DNA of 64,000 nucleotides, from NCBI GenBank assembly GCA_034780895.1, contig JAUZTB010000002.1:49306531-49370530 (forward strand). The letters run 5' to 3'. The notes below the pieces were generated by a model. The model worked only from the letters and a program-made list of their open reading frames with translations. It did not search any database and was not told the DNA's origin. This DNA is from Rhynchobatus australiae (taxonomy: Eukaryota). Made by a program: the position numbers and the translations under genes. The first letter of the stretch is position 1; each line of letters begins with the position of its first letter. Positions 1 through 12,718 of the stretch are shown here, in pieces.

Positions 1-198
1 TTGCCACAGATGGCTGTGGAGGCCAAGTCATTGGGTATATTTAAAGTGGAGGTTGATAGGTTCTTGATTAGTAAGGGCAGCAAAGGTTACGAGGAGAAGG
101 CAGAAGAATGATATTGAGAGGGAAAAATAAGTCAGCCATGATCGAATGGAGGAGCAGACTCAATGGGCCAAATGGCCTAATTCTCCTTCTATGTCTTA
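1..198 (+). mobile_element. CR1-clade LINE 3' end
   Basis: Close to the 3' end of the LINE at ~4920-5110 (ttgccacag...tcagccat...gaatgg.ggagcagactc.atgg...cctaattct). Confidence 0.8.
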
Positions 199-199
199 T

Positions 200-455
200 A
201 GATGGTGAGAAAAATTTGGAATGTCAGGGAATATTTCCCTACAGATACCCAACCTCTGACTTGTTCTTGTTGCAAGTTTGGGTGGCTGGTCCAATTGATT
301 TCTTGGTCAGTGATAATCCCTAGGATGTTGACAGTGGGGGATTCTGTCATGGTAATCCTCTTGGACAGCAAGAGTTGAAAGTTAGATTCTCTGTTGTTAG
401 AGAGCTGGTCAGATATAATGGTGCCTGAACTCCAGCATGCTCTTGACTTCTGTGT
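200..455 (-). mobile_element. Decayed non-LTR retrotransposon RT C-terminal fragment
   Basis: Minus-strand peptide ESPTVNILGIITDQEINWTSH fits the LINE LG.(I)D..L.W..H motif. Related sequence occurs at ~56760-56860. Confidence 0.6.
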
Positions 456-738
456 TGCAAAATAAAAGGAGTGGAAAGCATCAATGCTTTGATTTGTGAG
501 AAGCAGGCAGTTCTTGTTTGACCCCCCAGCAAGGGGCAAGTTCAATTCAGGCCATTATGTTAAAATAAGATATCTTTATAACCAACATTAAATGACCAAT
601 AAAATGACTAATTTCATATAAAGCACATATCTCTTATAAGTACTGTGATGTGATTCATTAATTAACATGAACTTGAATTTGCCAATCTGGCATTTCCCTT
701 CCCCTCCATTATCATAGAACCAAGTGGGAAGCCATTAC

Positions 739-826
739 CTTAGCATGGTGCAAATCTACACCATACATGGAAAGCATCTTGGCATTCTCCAGAAATTGAG
801 CATCAGCCTGGGCTGGAGTTAAACCC
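739..826 (-). CDS. EPB41L2: EPB41L2 coding exon 7 ([29 protein letters not shown])
   Basis: Acceptor ttcttgtttctttaccAG and donor AAG|GTAATG. 88 nt, phase 2/0. FERM motif YGVDLH. Confidence 0.96.
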
Positions 827-1984
827 CTGGTAAAGAAACAAGAAAGTTACTATAAAAGAAAGGCATAAAATTAGGTTGCCAATTCAGTTTTATTTTTAAA
901 AAATGGCTAAAGCTCGGATTTCCCATAAAAAAAATTATACATTTAAAAAAATGAGATTAGAATACATGAACTGATAATGCACTGATTCAATGGGACAAAT
1001 GAATTCTCCTTCTGCTATAATTTTTAATGATGATTTAAATTCAAGCCTGACTGTGCAAAATTACATTACAAAACACACCAACTTTATCACTTCACAATCA
1101 AGATACAAAAAAAATACACATTTTCAATTGTTGCTTAGCCTGTTTTGCCAAATTTGTAGGTACATTAAAAAATGTGCCAGATAAAGTCACAAGGATTTAT
1201 TCTTCATTAAGCACATCTCCCATATAGTGTTGAAAACCAAACTAGTAACATCAGATGGAATGAGTCAAAAACTAAGTAATTTATAATCAATTGAAGGGAG
1301 ATTGCTTTGCGTCTACTTGGGACAGAATAAATGAGCATTTCTACAAGAGGTGGACAGTTGAAATGGATTTGTGAAGAGTAGCTCACGTTTAATATTGCTT
1401 TGAGGGGTCTCTAATATGTTGGATAGGGGAGCATCCATATGAATTTCAAAAATGCACAGGGTTCAGCAAAAAAAGTGCTGGGAACAAAAGATTACCAATT
1501 TGAGGCCTTGGTCAAGGTTATGAGATAATTTACTCTAAGAGGAATAAAGAAGCATATTCTGGCAAAAATGTGACATTTTATTCCTCCAGGCCTGGTACAG
1601 AGGCCTTGTCTTATCAGTATACATTTCAATAACTTGGAATACGAAAGAAAGTACTACATAAATGTTTGTAGATGAAGAGAGACAATTTCTGTGAAAAGCA
1701 AGGANNNNNNNNNNNNNNNNNNNNNNNNNNNNNNNNNNNNNNNNNNNNNNNNNNNNNNNNNNNNNNNNNNNNNNNNNNNNNNNNNNNNNNNNNNNNNNNN
1801 NNNNCAAGGAGATTGCAAAAACATGTTTCAAGAAAATGAGAACATTGGGTGAATGGAAAATTTCAAGACTGGGGATTAACATTTAATCAGGAAAGAGAAT
1901 TAATGCATAATGAAATTGATTTACAGCAAATTGGAGGCCTAACTCAAAGCCAGGACAGAGTCCAGCTTGATCCTATTCTTATGA

Positions 1985-3285
1985 AAAATGTTGAAGCCAC
2001 TCATTTGCCTGGCTGAATTGATTTCCACATTGAACAACTTCACCTTCAACTCCACTCTCTCTGAAGATCAGAAGTGTAGCTATGGAAACCCACATTGGCC
2101 CAAGCTATACCTATCATTTTGGGGATATGTGCACAGAAGAGTCCTTATTTCATTCTTACATGAGCTTCCTTTCTCAACTTCCCCCAGTATATCAATGACT
2201 GCATTGGTGCCACTTTCTGCACTCATACAGAACTCAAAACCTTCATTTTTTTTGCTGTTAATTTCCACCCTGCACGCACCTTCATGATGACTCCTCAATT
2301 TCTGAATTCCTATCCCCATGTCAGTGGGTAGGTTAGTGACAAACATTAATTATAATCCCAAACACACCCACAGCTACTTCAACTATACTTTCTCCCATCT
2401 GCCTTCCTTCTCCCACAATATCTGCTCTGATCACAAGTCCTTCTGCACAGGTCTGAGTCGTCTTTTTCTCCTTAATGGTTTTTTTCTCCTCTACCATAGA
2501 TGAGCGCTCTTGACTGCATCCCTCTATTACCCCCACTCCTCCCCCGACTTTCTCCTCCTTGGAAAAAGGATGGAACTCCCTGGTTCTCACCTTCTAGCCC
2601 ACCAGCTTCTGCAGTCATCCTTTGCACTTTCTGCCATCCTTCACGTTTCCAGGCCCAACATATCTTTGCTCCCCTCCTCTTTCAATATTCCGAAGGAACC
2701 ATTCAATTTGTGACTTCCTTGTCCACTCTTTTGTCCCCACCAACCCTTCTCTTCCTTATGGCATTTTTCTATGCAACTGCATGATGTACAATACCTGCAC
2801 CTTGCTTAGCTCCTTTCCACCATCCAGGGACGGAAACAGTCTTTTAAGATGAAGCAGTGACTCACTTGCATTTCTTCCAATCTGGTGCATTTCATTTGGT
2901 GTTCACAATATAATCTCCAACACCTTAGAGAACTGAATAGAGCCCACTTTGCAAAGAGTCTTTGTTCAGTCTGCTGGGACCACCCAGATCCAGAAGTTGC
3001 CCGTCACTAATTCTCCATCCTACTTTGACCTATATTTGTGGCTCCCTGCACTGTTTATCAAAGCCCAAGCTTGAGGAACATCTTTCATTCAGCACGTCAC
3101 AGTCTTTGGGAGTCAAGATAGAATACAACAAGTTCGGTTGTAGACAACTCATTAGTAATAGTTACTCAAGTTTTTCCTCTCTGCACTGACAGATCTGCTG
3201 TTTCCTACAGTTCTCACCTGCATTCAGTTTTTACATGTCCCTTTTGTTTCCTTTCTCCTCTCAACTGCCCTTATTACTTCATCAA
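1985..3285 (+). mobile_element. Penelope-like retroelement remnant (RT, linker and GIY-YIG region, heavily decayed)
   Basis: Peptides LAELISTLNNFTFNS, a frameshifted (G)VAMET..GPSY, RLVTNINYNPKHTHSYFNYTFSH (Y.KP..H.YL...S.H) and a TC.SSNLV..I.C GIY-YIG-like stretch near 2860-2930. Confidence 0.75.
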
Positions 3286-5110
3286 ATGGCTTGGTGAAAT
3301 ACAAATACATAAGATGAAATACATGAGTAAAGAGCCAATAATATAAAAGATTGCAAAATTTTTTTAAAGATACGTAAAGGGTAAGAGAGAAGCAAGAGTG
3401 GACATTGGATTGCTGGAAAATGATGCGGGAGAAGTAGTAATGGGGAACAAAGAAATGACAGAGGAACTGAATAGGTACTGTGTGTCAGTCTTTGCAGTGG
3501 AAAACACCAATAACATGCCAGAAATTCAAGAGATTCGGGGGGCAGAGGTGAGTGTAGTGGCCATTACTAAGGAGAAGGTGTTGGGGAAGCTGAAAGGCCT
3601 GAAAGTGGATAAAGCACCTGGACCAAGGACTACACCTCAGAGTTCTGAGAGAGGTAGCTAAAGAAACTGTGGAGACATTAGAAGTGATCTTTCAAGAATC
3701 ACTAGAGTTAGGGATAGTCCAGAGGACTGGAAAAATAACAAATATAACACTCCCATTTAAGAGGGAGGCAAAAGACAAGAAATTATAGGTCAGTTAGCCT
3801 GACCTCATTGGTTGCTAAGATTTGAGAGTCCATTACTATGAATGAAATTTCAGAGTATTTGACAAAATAGGGTGAAGTCAACACAGTTTTGTTAAGGGCA
3901 GATCTTGCCTGATAAATTTGAGGTGGTAACAAGCAGGTTAGACAAAGGAGAGTCAGTGAACATTTACTTGGATTTTCAGAAGGCCTTTGATAAGGTGTTG
4001 CACACAAGGCTGCTAAAGATAAGAGCCCATGGTGTCAAAAGCAAGGTACTTTCATGGATAGAAAATTGGCTGACTGGCAGAAGTCAAAGCGAGGATAACG
4101 GGATCCTTTTCAGGATGGTTGCTGGTGACTAGTGGAGTTCCATAGGGGTCAGTGTTGAGACAACTTTTCACTTTATATGTTAATGATCTAGATGAAGGAA
4201 CTGATGGCATTGTGGCCAAGGTCGCAGATGATACAATAGGTGGATGGACAGGTAGTGTTGCAGAGGTAGGGAGTCTGCAGAAGGACTTGGACAGGTTGGG
4301 AGAATGGGTTAAAAAAAAGTGGCAGATGGAATTCAGCACAGGGAAGTGAAGGGTAATACACTCTGGTAGGAAGAATAAAAAGGCATAGACCATTTTCTAA
4401 AGGGGAAGAAAATTCAGAAATCAGAGATGCAAAGGGACTTGGGAGTCCTCATTCACAATTTCCTCAAGGTTAACTTGCAGGTTGAGTTGGTAGTAAGGAA
4501 GGTAATTGCAATGTTAACATGCACTTTGAGAAGACTAGAATATAAAAGCAAGAATGTAATGCCGAGTCTTTATAAGATGTTGATCAGATGGCATTTGGAA
4601 TATTGAGAGCAATTTTAGGTCCTGTATGCAAGGAAGGATGTGCTGGCCCTGGAAAGGGTCCAGAGGTTCACAAGAATGATCCCGGCAAGGAAAGGATCAA
4701 ATGTTTGATGGCCCCGGGCCTGTATTCAATGGAGTTCAGAAAATGAGGAGTCACCTCATTGAATCCTAGTGAAGGGCCTGCGTAGGGTGGACATGGAGAG
4801 GATGTTTCCATTAGGAGAGTCTAGGATCTGAGGGCACAGCCTCAGAATAAAGAGATGTCCTCTTATAAGTGAGGTGAGAAGGAATTTCTTCAGCCGGAGT
4901 CTGGTGAATCTGTGGAATCCTTTGCCACAGTGGGCTGCAGAGGTCAAGTTATTGAGTGTATTTAAGGCAGAGATTGATAGTTTCTTGATGGTTAAGGATT
5001 ACAGAGAGAAGGTGGGAGAATGGGATTTAAATTTTAAAAATTCAGCCATAATTGAATGGTGGAGCAGACTCGATGGCTGAATGACCTAATTCTGCTCCTA
5101 TATTTTATAG
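3286..5110 (+). mobile_element. 5'-truncated CR1-clade LINE with pseudogenised RT, flanked by a 9-bp TSD
   Basis: Peptides YLDFQKAFDKV, YVNDLD, KVADDT, LQKDLDRLGEW and RRNFFS..VNLWN.LP, with many frameshifts. CTTCATCAA occurs at 3277-3285 and 5111-5119. Confidence 0.92.
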
Positions 5111-5119
5111 CTTCATCAA

Positions 5120-5340
5120 TAGTTTATCACTAAGACAATCCTATACCCCAAAATATCCACCCCTCCCCAACTCCCTGTAACTTAAAAATATGTTTTCTCT
5201 TTCCAAGTTTTGACAAAGTGTCTTTGAGCTAAAATATTAACTGTTTCTCTTTCCACAGATTTTTGCCTTCCCTCTTCAGGGCTTCCAGCATTTTCTATCT
5301 TTATTTTAGATTTTCAGCATCTGAAGTTTTTTGATCCTCA
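5120..5340 (+). mobile_element. 3' terminal repeat of the Penelope-like element, displaced by the CR1 insertion
   Basis: ttaactgtttctctttccacagat...ccagcatttt...ttagattttcagcatctg. Same family as 16070-16200, 23470-23570 and 54760-54980. Confidence 0.65.
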
Positions 5341-5556
5341 CACAAAAGTATACTTTGGTAACAAAAGTTTAACATTTTTAACACTGTTTATTCTGCAGTG
5401 ACATATACATTGAGGTATATCATTCAAACAGGTCATCATTTATGCGCTTCAATCATTTTCGCACTGCTGTCCTTATAATTTCCCATGAGTGCCTCATTAC
5501 TTAAGAAGAAATGGCAAGTAACTATGCTTTGACAAGCAACTATGACTAATTTCTAC

Positions 5557-5775
5557 CTGTGTGTTTTATGCAGTTCAGAGATTTTCTCTTCCAATTCTTT
5601 TGTCTGGTTTGGAGCAAACTGTAATTCTGCAACATAACCTGCTCTGTGTTCATCAGCATCATAATCCCCAAGTTCCGCTTGCAATGTGTAAGAACCAAGA
5701 AGGGCATGTGTTACAAAAGAACATGGCAAACGACCAGATACGATATCTTGGCGGAGCTGAAGGCACAAATAATAT
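5557..5775 (-). CDS. EPB41L2: EPB41L2 coding exon 6 (FERM central lobe: [20 protein letters not shown]...ELHKTH(R))
   Basis: Acceptor tctcttgcAG and donor AG|GTAGAA. 219 nt, phase 2/2. Overlaps ORF 5553..5768. Confidence 0.97.
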
Positions 5776-6349
5776 CTGCAAGAGATAATGGAGGAGAATG
5801 TGGGTTGGGAAAAGAAAAACTTCTCAGATTAAAGCTGATGATGATACTAAAACCATTTCAGTACTGAGGCTCCACTTAAGAACAACTCATGTTTCATTAA
5901 TTTAGTAAATTACAAAATTTTAAAATGAGTGTTTGTGTATTTCAAAATTATCCAGCAAGAAAAATAAAAAATGTTAAAAATTAATAATAATGGATGTTTT
6001 TGGTACATTTAGGACCATGGACAGGCAGACAAGATTCATATTTAATCATTGTATTATTTAATTTTACTCAAAATAAAAATGTTATTTGCTTTACATCTAG
6101 TTTAATTGCAACTTTTTCAAATTTCATACATTAAGACTTGAATGTTTTTGGGGGGTAGGTGGTGGGGGAATGGTCTTCCTACTAATGAAAAGAGGCCTGG
6201 GAATATTCTGTTCCAACTTGAAGACTGTTAGTTACCTGAACAACATTATTAAGAGCACTGTAGTGGGTCAACGTTTATAAATCAACAACTATAAAAAAGT
6301 AGGCAGGAAATTTTCAGAATCCTGTTTGCAGTGTACAGTATCTTTGAGT

Positions 6350-6780
6350 ATTTTAAAATTAATTTATGGAAGCTGGACATCCCTGGCAAATTCAGCTTTT
6401 GCCCAGCCCTAATTATTGTTGAAAAAGTGGTTGAGAGCGGAATTCTTGAACCGCTGCAGTCTTTCTGGTGAATGTACTTCCAACGTTGAAAGGATTAAGA
6501 TTGAAACAATCGTGGAATACAGGGAGAAAGCTGGACCAAGGTACTGAATTTGGATGATAAACCACAATTGTATTGCAGTGTAGACTCAAAGGGTCAAAAG
6601 GTGTACTCCTGTTCCTATTTTCTGTTTCTATGAAGAACCAGAAATATATTTCCCAATCAGGATGGTATGCAACTTGGAGCAAACCCTGCAGGTGGCAGTG
6701 TTTCCATGCACCTAATGCCATGTTCTTCTGGGAGGTAAAGGTCATAGGTTTGGGAGGTGCTATCAGAGTAACTTGGTCAA
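6350..6780 (-). mobile_element. Decayed LINE 3' fragments, including a short CR1-type tail
   Basis: 6360-6490 resembles 56630-56760, and 6680-6760 resembles 34670-34750. Confidence 0.5.
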
Positions 6781-9479
6781 GGAATAAGAGTTCAATTTGC
6801 TGAACACAAAATTTAATGTGAACTTCTGAGATCCCTTTGTAAAACCATAACTTGCAATGCTTGGAAAAATTTTGTTTTGCCTGTTAAGAAAGAGATTTGG
6901 AAGTGGAACATTGGCTCAATGAAAACAATACCAGCAGACGAACGGCAGAAGCACTTGCAATAACATCGTCTATGACTTAAAGTTAAGTATTTCAATGGAA
7001 ATTTTTCTCCATATAATTAAACTCCAGAACACAAGTCATCCCTTTTTTTTTAAGCAAAAACCTATTCAATTCCATTTCTAAGTATGTTTGCCTGTTACAT
7101 TATTTGCCAAATTGGTTAAAATATTTTAGATTATTGTAAAACTATTGTAAAATCTTACTTTGCAATTTATCTGCTTTAGATCCATTTTTGCTGCATTTTT
7201 TTAATTCAAGCACATCCCTCTAGTGGTAGTAATCCAAAATGAATTAAATTTTGTGTCTAGTCAAAGGAGTGCATTAAGATTTAATATACAAACTGTAAAC
7301 ACAACACCTGCACATTTATGAATACCGGACATGTCTAATAAAATTCCTGGCCCATTTAAGTTTGCACTCAATGTATCCCATTCATTTTTACAATAAAAAA
7401 TCTAAATCCTCACGAGACTTCCCCCATCTTGTTTGCAACATTCTAACTTTTCAGATTATATTGATTACTGTCGACTAGACTATATGATTTTTGAGTTGTT
7501 TTAGACACATGGCATAATCTCTTGATAACTAACAGCTAATTTTAAGTTCAAGGCAACAGGATTAATACAAGTCACTCTTTTGCACTGAAGTGATTGAATA
7601 AATATTATAAAACATATTTGGTTGAAGCATGTAAACTTCAGCCTCAAAAACAATATTAACATTGAAGCTGAGACAATGATGGCAAGGTATCATTCAGGAC
7701 TATATTTTAAAATACAGAACCATGATGTTTCAGACTTTTAATTTATTAACTTGAGATCTTTGCAGAAACCCAGGTAAGTAGTTCTGTTATTCACAAGATC
7801 TAGGAGATGAACACTGTCATTAAGTAATTAAAATGTACAGTACAGAGAAGCATAAAAATCTAATCAAATGGGAAACCATTGAAAGGGGATGTGTGAAAAT
7901 ATACTTATTAATCCACACAGAAAAAAATGCTGCTGCATATATGCAGCAAAACAAAAATCTTGAAAAATACAAAATTCCTTTATCAGCATCTGTAAAGAGA
8001 ACAAACTGAAAACATTTTCAGGTGCTCATTAATGAAAGGAAACAAGCGCTACAGTCACAGCTTTCAAGTATTAAAAAAAAGGAATTTTTTAATGCAGGGA
8101 GTGGTTTATGATGTGGAAAATACTGCCTGTGAGAGCAGTGGAAAAGAATTCTAGCTTTCAAAGGGGAATTGAACAGCCACTTGAGGGAAAAATAAATCGC
8201 AGAACTATAGAAAAAGAGGGAGGACTAATGGGGCAACTCCACTAGGAACCAAAGACTTGGTTAGAATAGCATCCTTTGCAGTATTGACTTATTCTATCCT
8301 GGTAATGGGATCTTGATCGACCTTTTCTGCTTCCTGCAGTCCCAATAATATTTGTACCAAGCTGGCTCAGATGCAGCAGCCAGTTTCACTAGCTTCCATA
8401 TACTGCTCCTGACTACCNNNNNNNNNNNNNNNNNNNNNNNNNNNNNNNNNNNNNNNNNNNNNNNNNNNNNNNNNNNNNNNNNNNNNNNNNNNNNNNNNNN
8501 NNNNNNNNNNNNNNNNNCTTGCAAATAATTTCTGATGGCTGCTAAGGCTATTTGAAGCCCCTTATCAAACTATACAGCACAGTGACCATCTGTCTTCTGT
8601 GGCTGTTCTCCACATTTATCACCAAATTGCATCTTAATCTAAGCATAATTAGCATTGCATATACTTTTGATTCCTTAGTGTATTTTGGTAAGTCATAATG
8701 GTTAATTCTGTTTTATAGCAGTTCTTCTTCCCAGCGGCCTTGGTACTAAAGTGTATCGTGGTTTTGGAAGCTTTGAGCAGAAGCTATTGGCGTGGAATCT
8801 GTGACCAGATTTGCTGCAGGACCTGAAGCTGTTAAAATAATTTCATAGGAGCAAACAATTCTCATTCAATAGGAAGAGCATATTTTACTTCACACTGAGT
8901 AAACAGTGTAGTGGAAGTGACCTGTGCTTGTATTTCCTTTAGTGATCATGCATCCCAATAACTTGTTGATGGCTGATACTCTGTGTTAGTTAAATTGTTT
9001 TCATAGTGATCCATGCAGCTTATCCTATCTTGACTGTTACTAATGTATTACAAAGTTAATATTTTATGCAACAAATACCTCAATCCTTCTAACTATTCCT
9101 ACCAATTAATCCATAATCTAACTTTCTACATATTAATTTTGTAAAACCAAAACTGTACAAGGGAGTGAATGGAGGGGATGCCAATCAAGTGTTGAGCTGC
9201 AAGAGTGCCAGTCCAGGAAAGTGGAGAGTATTTAATCACATTCTTAATGTGGCTTGCAGATGGTGGTATGACTTTAGAAAGTCAAGAGGTGAGTCACTCA
9301 ATGATGAATACTAATTCTCTTGCCCTACTTTTGCAGCCATTGGTTAAGTGGTTCTCAAGAAGTTTTCAGTATGAACTTCGTAACTTGGGTTCTTTATAGT
9401 TGCAGTGGTTAAATTCAGATGAATACATCTAGAATTGGAAAAATAATGGACTGGAGGAAAATACAGAGGTTAAGTCGGG

Positions 9480-10100
9480 TGAAACTGTGGTGGGATTTGT
9501 AAACATGAAAGTGAATTTTAAAATCAACACAGTGCTTAATCAAAAGCCAGTGCAGGTTAGTAAGCACACGCTATTGTGTAATTGGGTCTTATTTGAGTTA
9601 GGATTTAGGGAGCATGTTTTTGGATGACCAAGCCTTTTGAGAGAAAGAGGAAGGATAGTTAATAATATAATGAAATAATCAAACCTGAATGGAACAAAGA
9701 CATGGTTGAGGGTTTTAGCCTACATGTGGAAACTGATTGTGTGTTTTGGATGATATGCCAAGGGGAAGCAACACTGTGAAATAAAAGGCGACCAAGGAAA
9801 GTTCTTGGAGAATGCCTGATGCAACAGTGAGAGTTTGGGTACAGAAGCTATGATGGGAGATTCTCTGCCTATTACTGAATAGATACGCATTGAACCAACC
9901 AAATGCTGTTGTATCCAACTGGCTAAGAGTGGACAGGCATTGGAAGAACTTGCTGTGAGCAAACATTTCAGAAGCAGTAGGCAGGATAAGAAGGATACTA
10001 ATAATGATATTGATCAGAAACTGTTTAAGAACTGATGATGGTAAGTATTTGGTTTGACTTGCTTTTGTTGGAGACAATTGTTGCCTGACAGTTACGTAAC
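9480..10100 (-). mobile_element. L2-clade LINE RT fragment
   Basis: ORF 9715..10104 (AFGWFNAYLFSNRQRIS...TVASGILQELSL) resembles the L2 motif W..SYL..R.Q......V..GVPQGS.LGP. Confidence 0.7.
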
Positions 10101-11438
10101 ACAAATGTTAAATGGTACTTACCATCTTAAGCATGAACTTTGTCCAGGTCTTGCTTCATCTGGACACGGAGCTGCATATGGAAGCGAACACTGTGCAATC
10201 ATCAGCAAACACCTGTCCTACTGACCTTATAGCAGAAGTTAAAGTCATGCATGGAATGCTGTAGATGGTTGGGCCAGGGAAAGCTGGATACGAATCCATA
10301 AACAGTGATTATGTCTTGAGGGTAATTCAATTGATAAAAGATGAGATTTATTATCCTAGAAGAGTTGATGCTAAACAACAAATTACAGTTACTGGCGATG
10401 TCAAATTGTGACAGTGGAGAGTATAATTAATACTGTGGATGACTGGAGCAAAGTACAAAAATACATGAAAAGGCTTGTAGAATATATTGTACTGGACCTT
10501 GGAAGGCCAGCCACTGCCTGGAANNNNNNNNNNNNNNNNNNNNNNNNNNNNNNNNNCCCAGCAAACCACCACTTACCTGGGTCAGATGTGGAGGTCCAAT
10601 CTGCTGGCCCACTGCAACTTGAAATGGGCAATGAAGTCCAGATAATAACTTGACCTCAGAAAATGTAGTGCAGAAGCCCCACTCGCACAGCTCCTTACTT
10701 GCTTTGTTAGAAAGCGAAGCCAAGGTACAGAGCTTTGTAGCCTGTCATGGCTAAGTTAGTTAACAGTCTTTGAACACCTCTGGCATTCAGAGACATTTAA
10801 CACCTATTAAAATTAAAATGAATACTTTTATATAAAATCATTATTTTAAATAAAGTTAATTAAATTAAAAATAATTCTTGCTTTTAAAGGAAAATAATAA
10901 TGAACATCTTCACTTCTTCCAGATCCACATGTCTAAAATTCACATTGAAATCAATGAAGTGTCTGATCCCATGCCTAGTCTGTCCTGGTGCAGTATCTGT
11001 GTAGTGATTCCCCTTCACAATGCTGGGGAATCATTATCAAGACCTGGCTCTACTGTTGATCTCCATTTGACTCAACTGACAGATGTGGCACCATCTGGCA
11101 CTCAGTGAGTCAAAGACTCTCAGCACGTGCATGCACATTCAGGGTTTACATCAGTTTGAATGGCCGAAATATTGGCAGTTTCCTTTGGATTAATTGGCCA
11201 CATGCAACTAGATTTGACCGACTGCACTCTATACAGATCTGCAATAGATTTAAGTTCTTTATGTTTGACTATCAAGCATTTTGACATTGGCAGATTAGTT
11301 GTTCAAATTATATCACCACATTAGAACATTTTAGTAAAAATAACACACATGCTATAAAAGTTTTATTAAAGCATAGATTTCAATATTATATTTAATAATT
11401 ACTTTCACAAGAATTTAACTGATCTAATGAATTTATAC

Positions 11439-11514
11439 CTTGTGATGTCTTCAGTTAGCTGTGAAGGATCAGGAGGGTAGAATTTTACATTAAAGTAAAA
11501 GTGCCAAGGACAAC
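11439..11514 (-). CDS. EPB41L2: EPB41L2 coding exon 5 ((S)[24 protein letters not shown](R))
   Basis: Acceptor gatttgcAG and donor AG|GTATAA. 76 nt, phase 1/2. FERM motif VKFYPPDP. Confidence 0.96.
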
Positions 11515-12575
11515 CTGCAAATCACATACAATTCCATTTTAAATGACATCGGCTAACAGGAAATGATTTTGAATGCTTCACCATCACTGCAGAAGCCTAA
11601 GACTGTACAACTATATCATTTCAGTAATCTATTCTTTCATTGGGCTCACAAGCTGTGACAAACACCAAAATCAAGCATGAAACTTGACATCTTATAGCAC
11701 TCATTACAAAAACAGAAGTCATTGTCTGGTTATGTAGAACAATAATTCAAAATATACATTGCTCATGGTACTCCTTATACAACATTTGCTAACATATGGA
11801 TAGGTTTCCTAATTAACCATCTTTTCCTTTAAAGATTTTCCTTAAACTAACAAAAAACTTATTGCATTTGTATTACCAATTACTTTTTAAGTTTAAAGCA
11901 AAATGATTTTACCAGTCAATGCTTTTTGTTTTGCTCCACCTACAACAGGAACAAGATGTGGAAGACAGGTTTGANNNNNNNNNNNNNNNNNNNTCTCTCT
12001 CCAAAACAAAAAGCCATCTCATATGCCATTCATCCCAATGATTTGCACTTGATCCAACATATTTTCATTTAGGGTACAGAGAAACCGCCAGGCTATGGAG
12101 AGTTGTACAGCCAAATAGAGAGGGGGAGACAGCACCTTCCATCACAACCAACATGTGGTGGTGACTATGAACATAGGGAGTAGTTGGCTGTCAGTCCCTA
12201 GTAACGTTCCACACTCACGGTGCTGGCCAGGTTGCAGCCCCAAGCCCCACATCAACATCAGCCGTCACAGAAGCTACTCCACACCAGTCCATGGATGATT
12301 AATTGCTGCATTCATGCCAGTTTCCCAGCATAGGAGTTGCCTGTACAGCAATGCACAGAACAGGAATTTGCATGACATTCTCTGCACAGCAGCACTGTCA
12401 GTAACATAGCTCTCTAAATATATTGCAAAAAAAGCCTTTTACCTCTGATCCCATTAGCATTCTCATTTCTAGAAGTACAACCCTTGTGTTATGCAAGATA
12501 CCAATGTATATACAACCAACTTAATCTTAAATGCCCCTAGTCACACCATGGCTGATCATACAGTAACATACTTAC

Positions 12576-12718
12576 TTNNNNNNNNNNNNNNNNNNNNNNN
12601 NNNNNNNNNNNNNNNNNNNNNNNNNNNNNNNNNNNNNNNNNNNNNNNNNNNNNNNNNNNNNNNNNNNNNNNNNNNNNCGTATTTGTTTCTTGATTTCCTT
12701 GGCAGGGTCCAACCAATT
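12576..12718 (-). CDS. EPB41L2: EPB41L2 coding exon 4 (NWLDPAKEIKKQIR + 1 nt); 43 real nt interrupted by a 100-N gap (12578-12677)
   Basis: Acceptor tacctcttttAG, then 41 nt (12718-12678), the gap, AA (12577-12576) and a GTAAGT donor. 41+2=43 nt gives the phase 1 that the next exon requires. Confidence 0.92.

Noticed and set aside
773-781. Met where other 4.1 proteins have a basic residue, in ENAK(M)LSMYG
   Set aside because: A single substitution, with no basis for inferring a functional effect.
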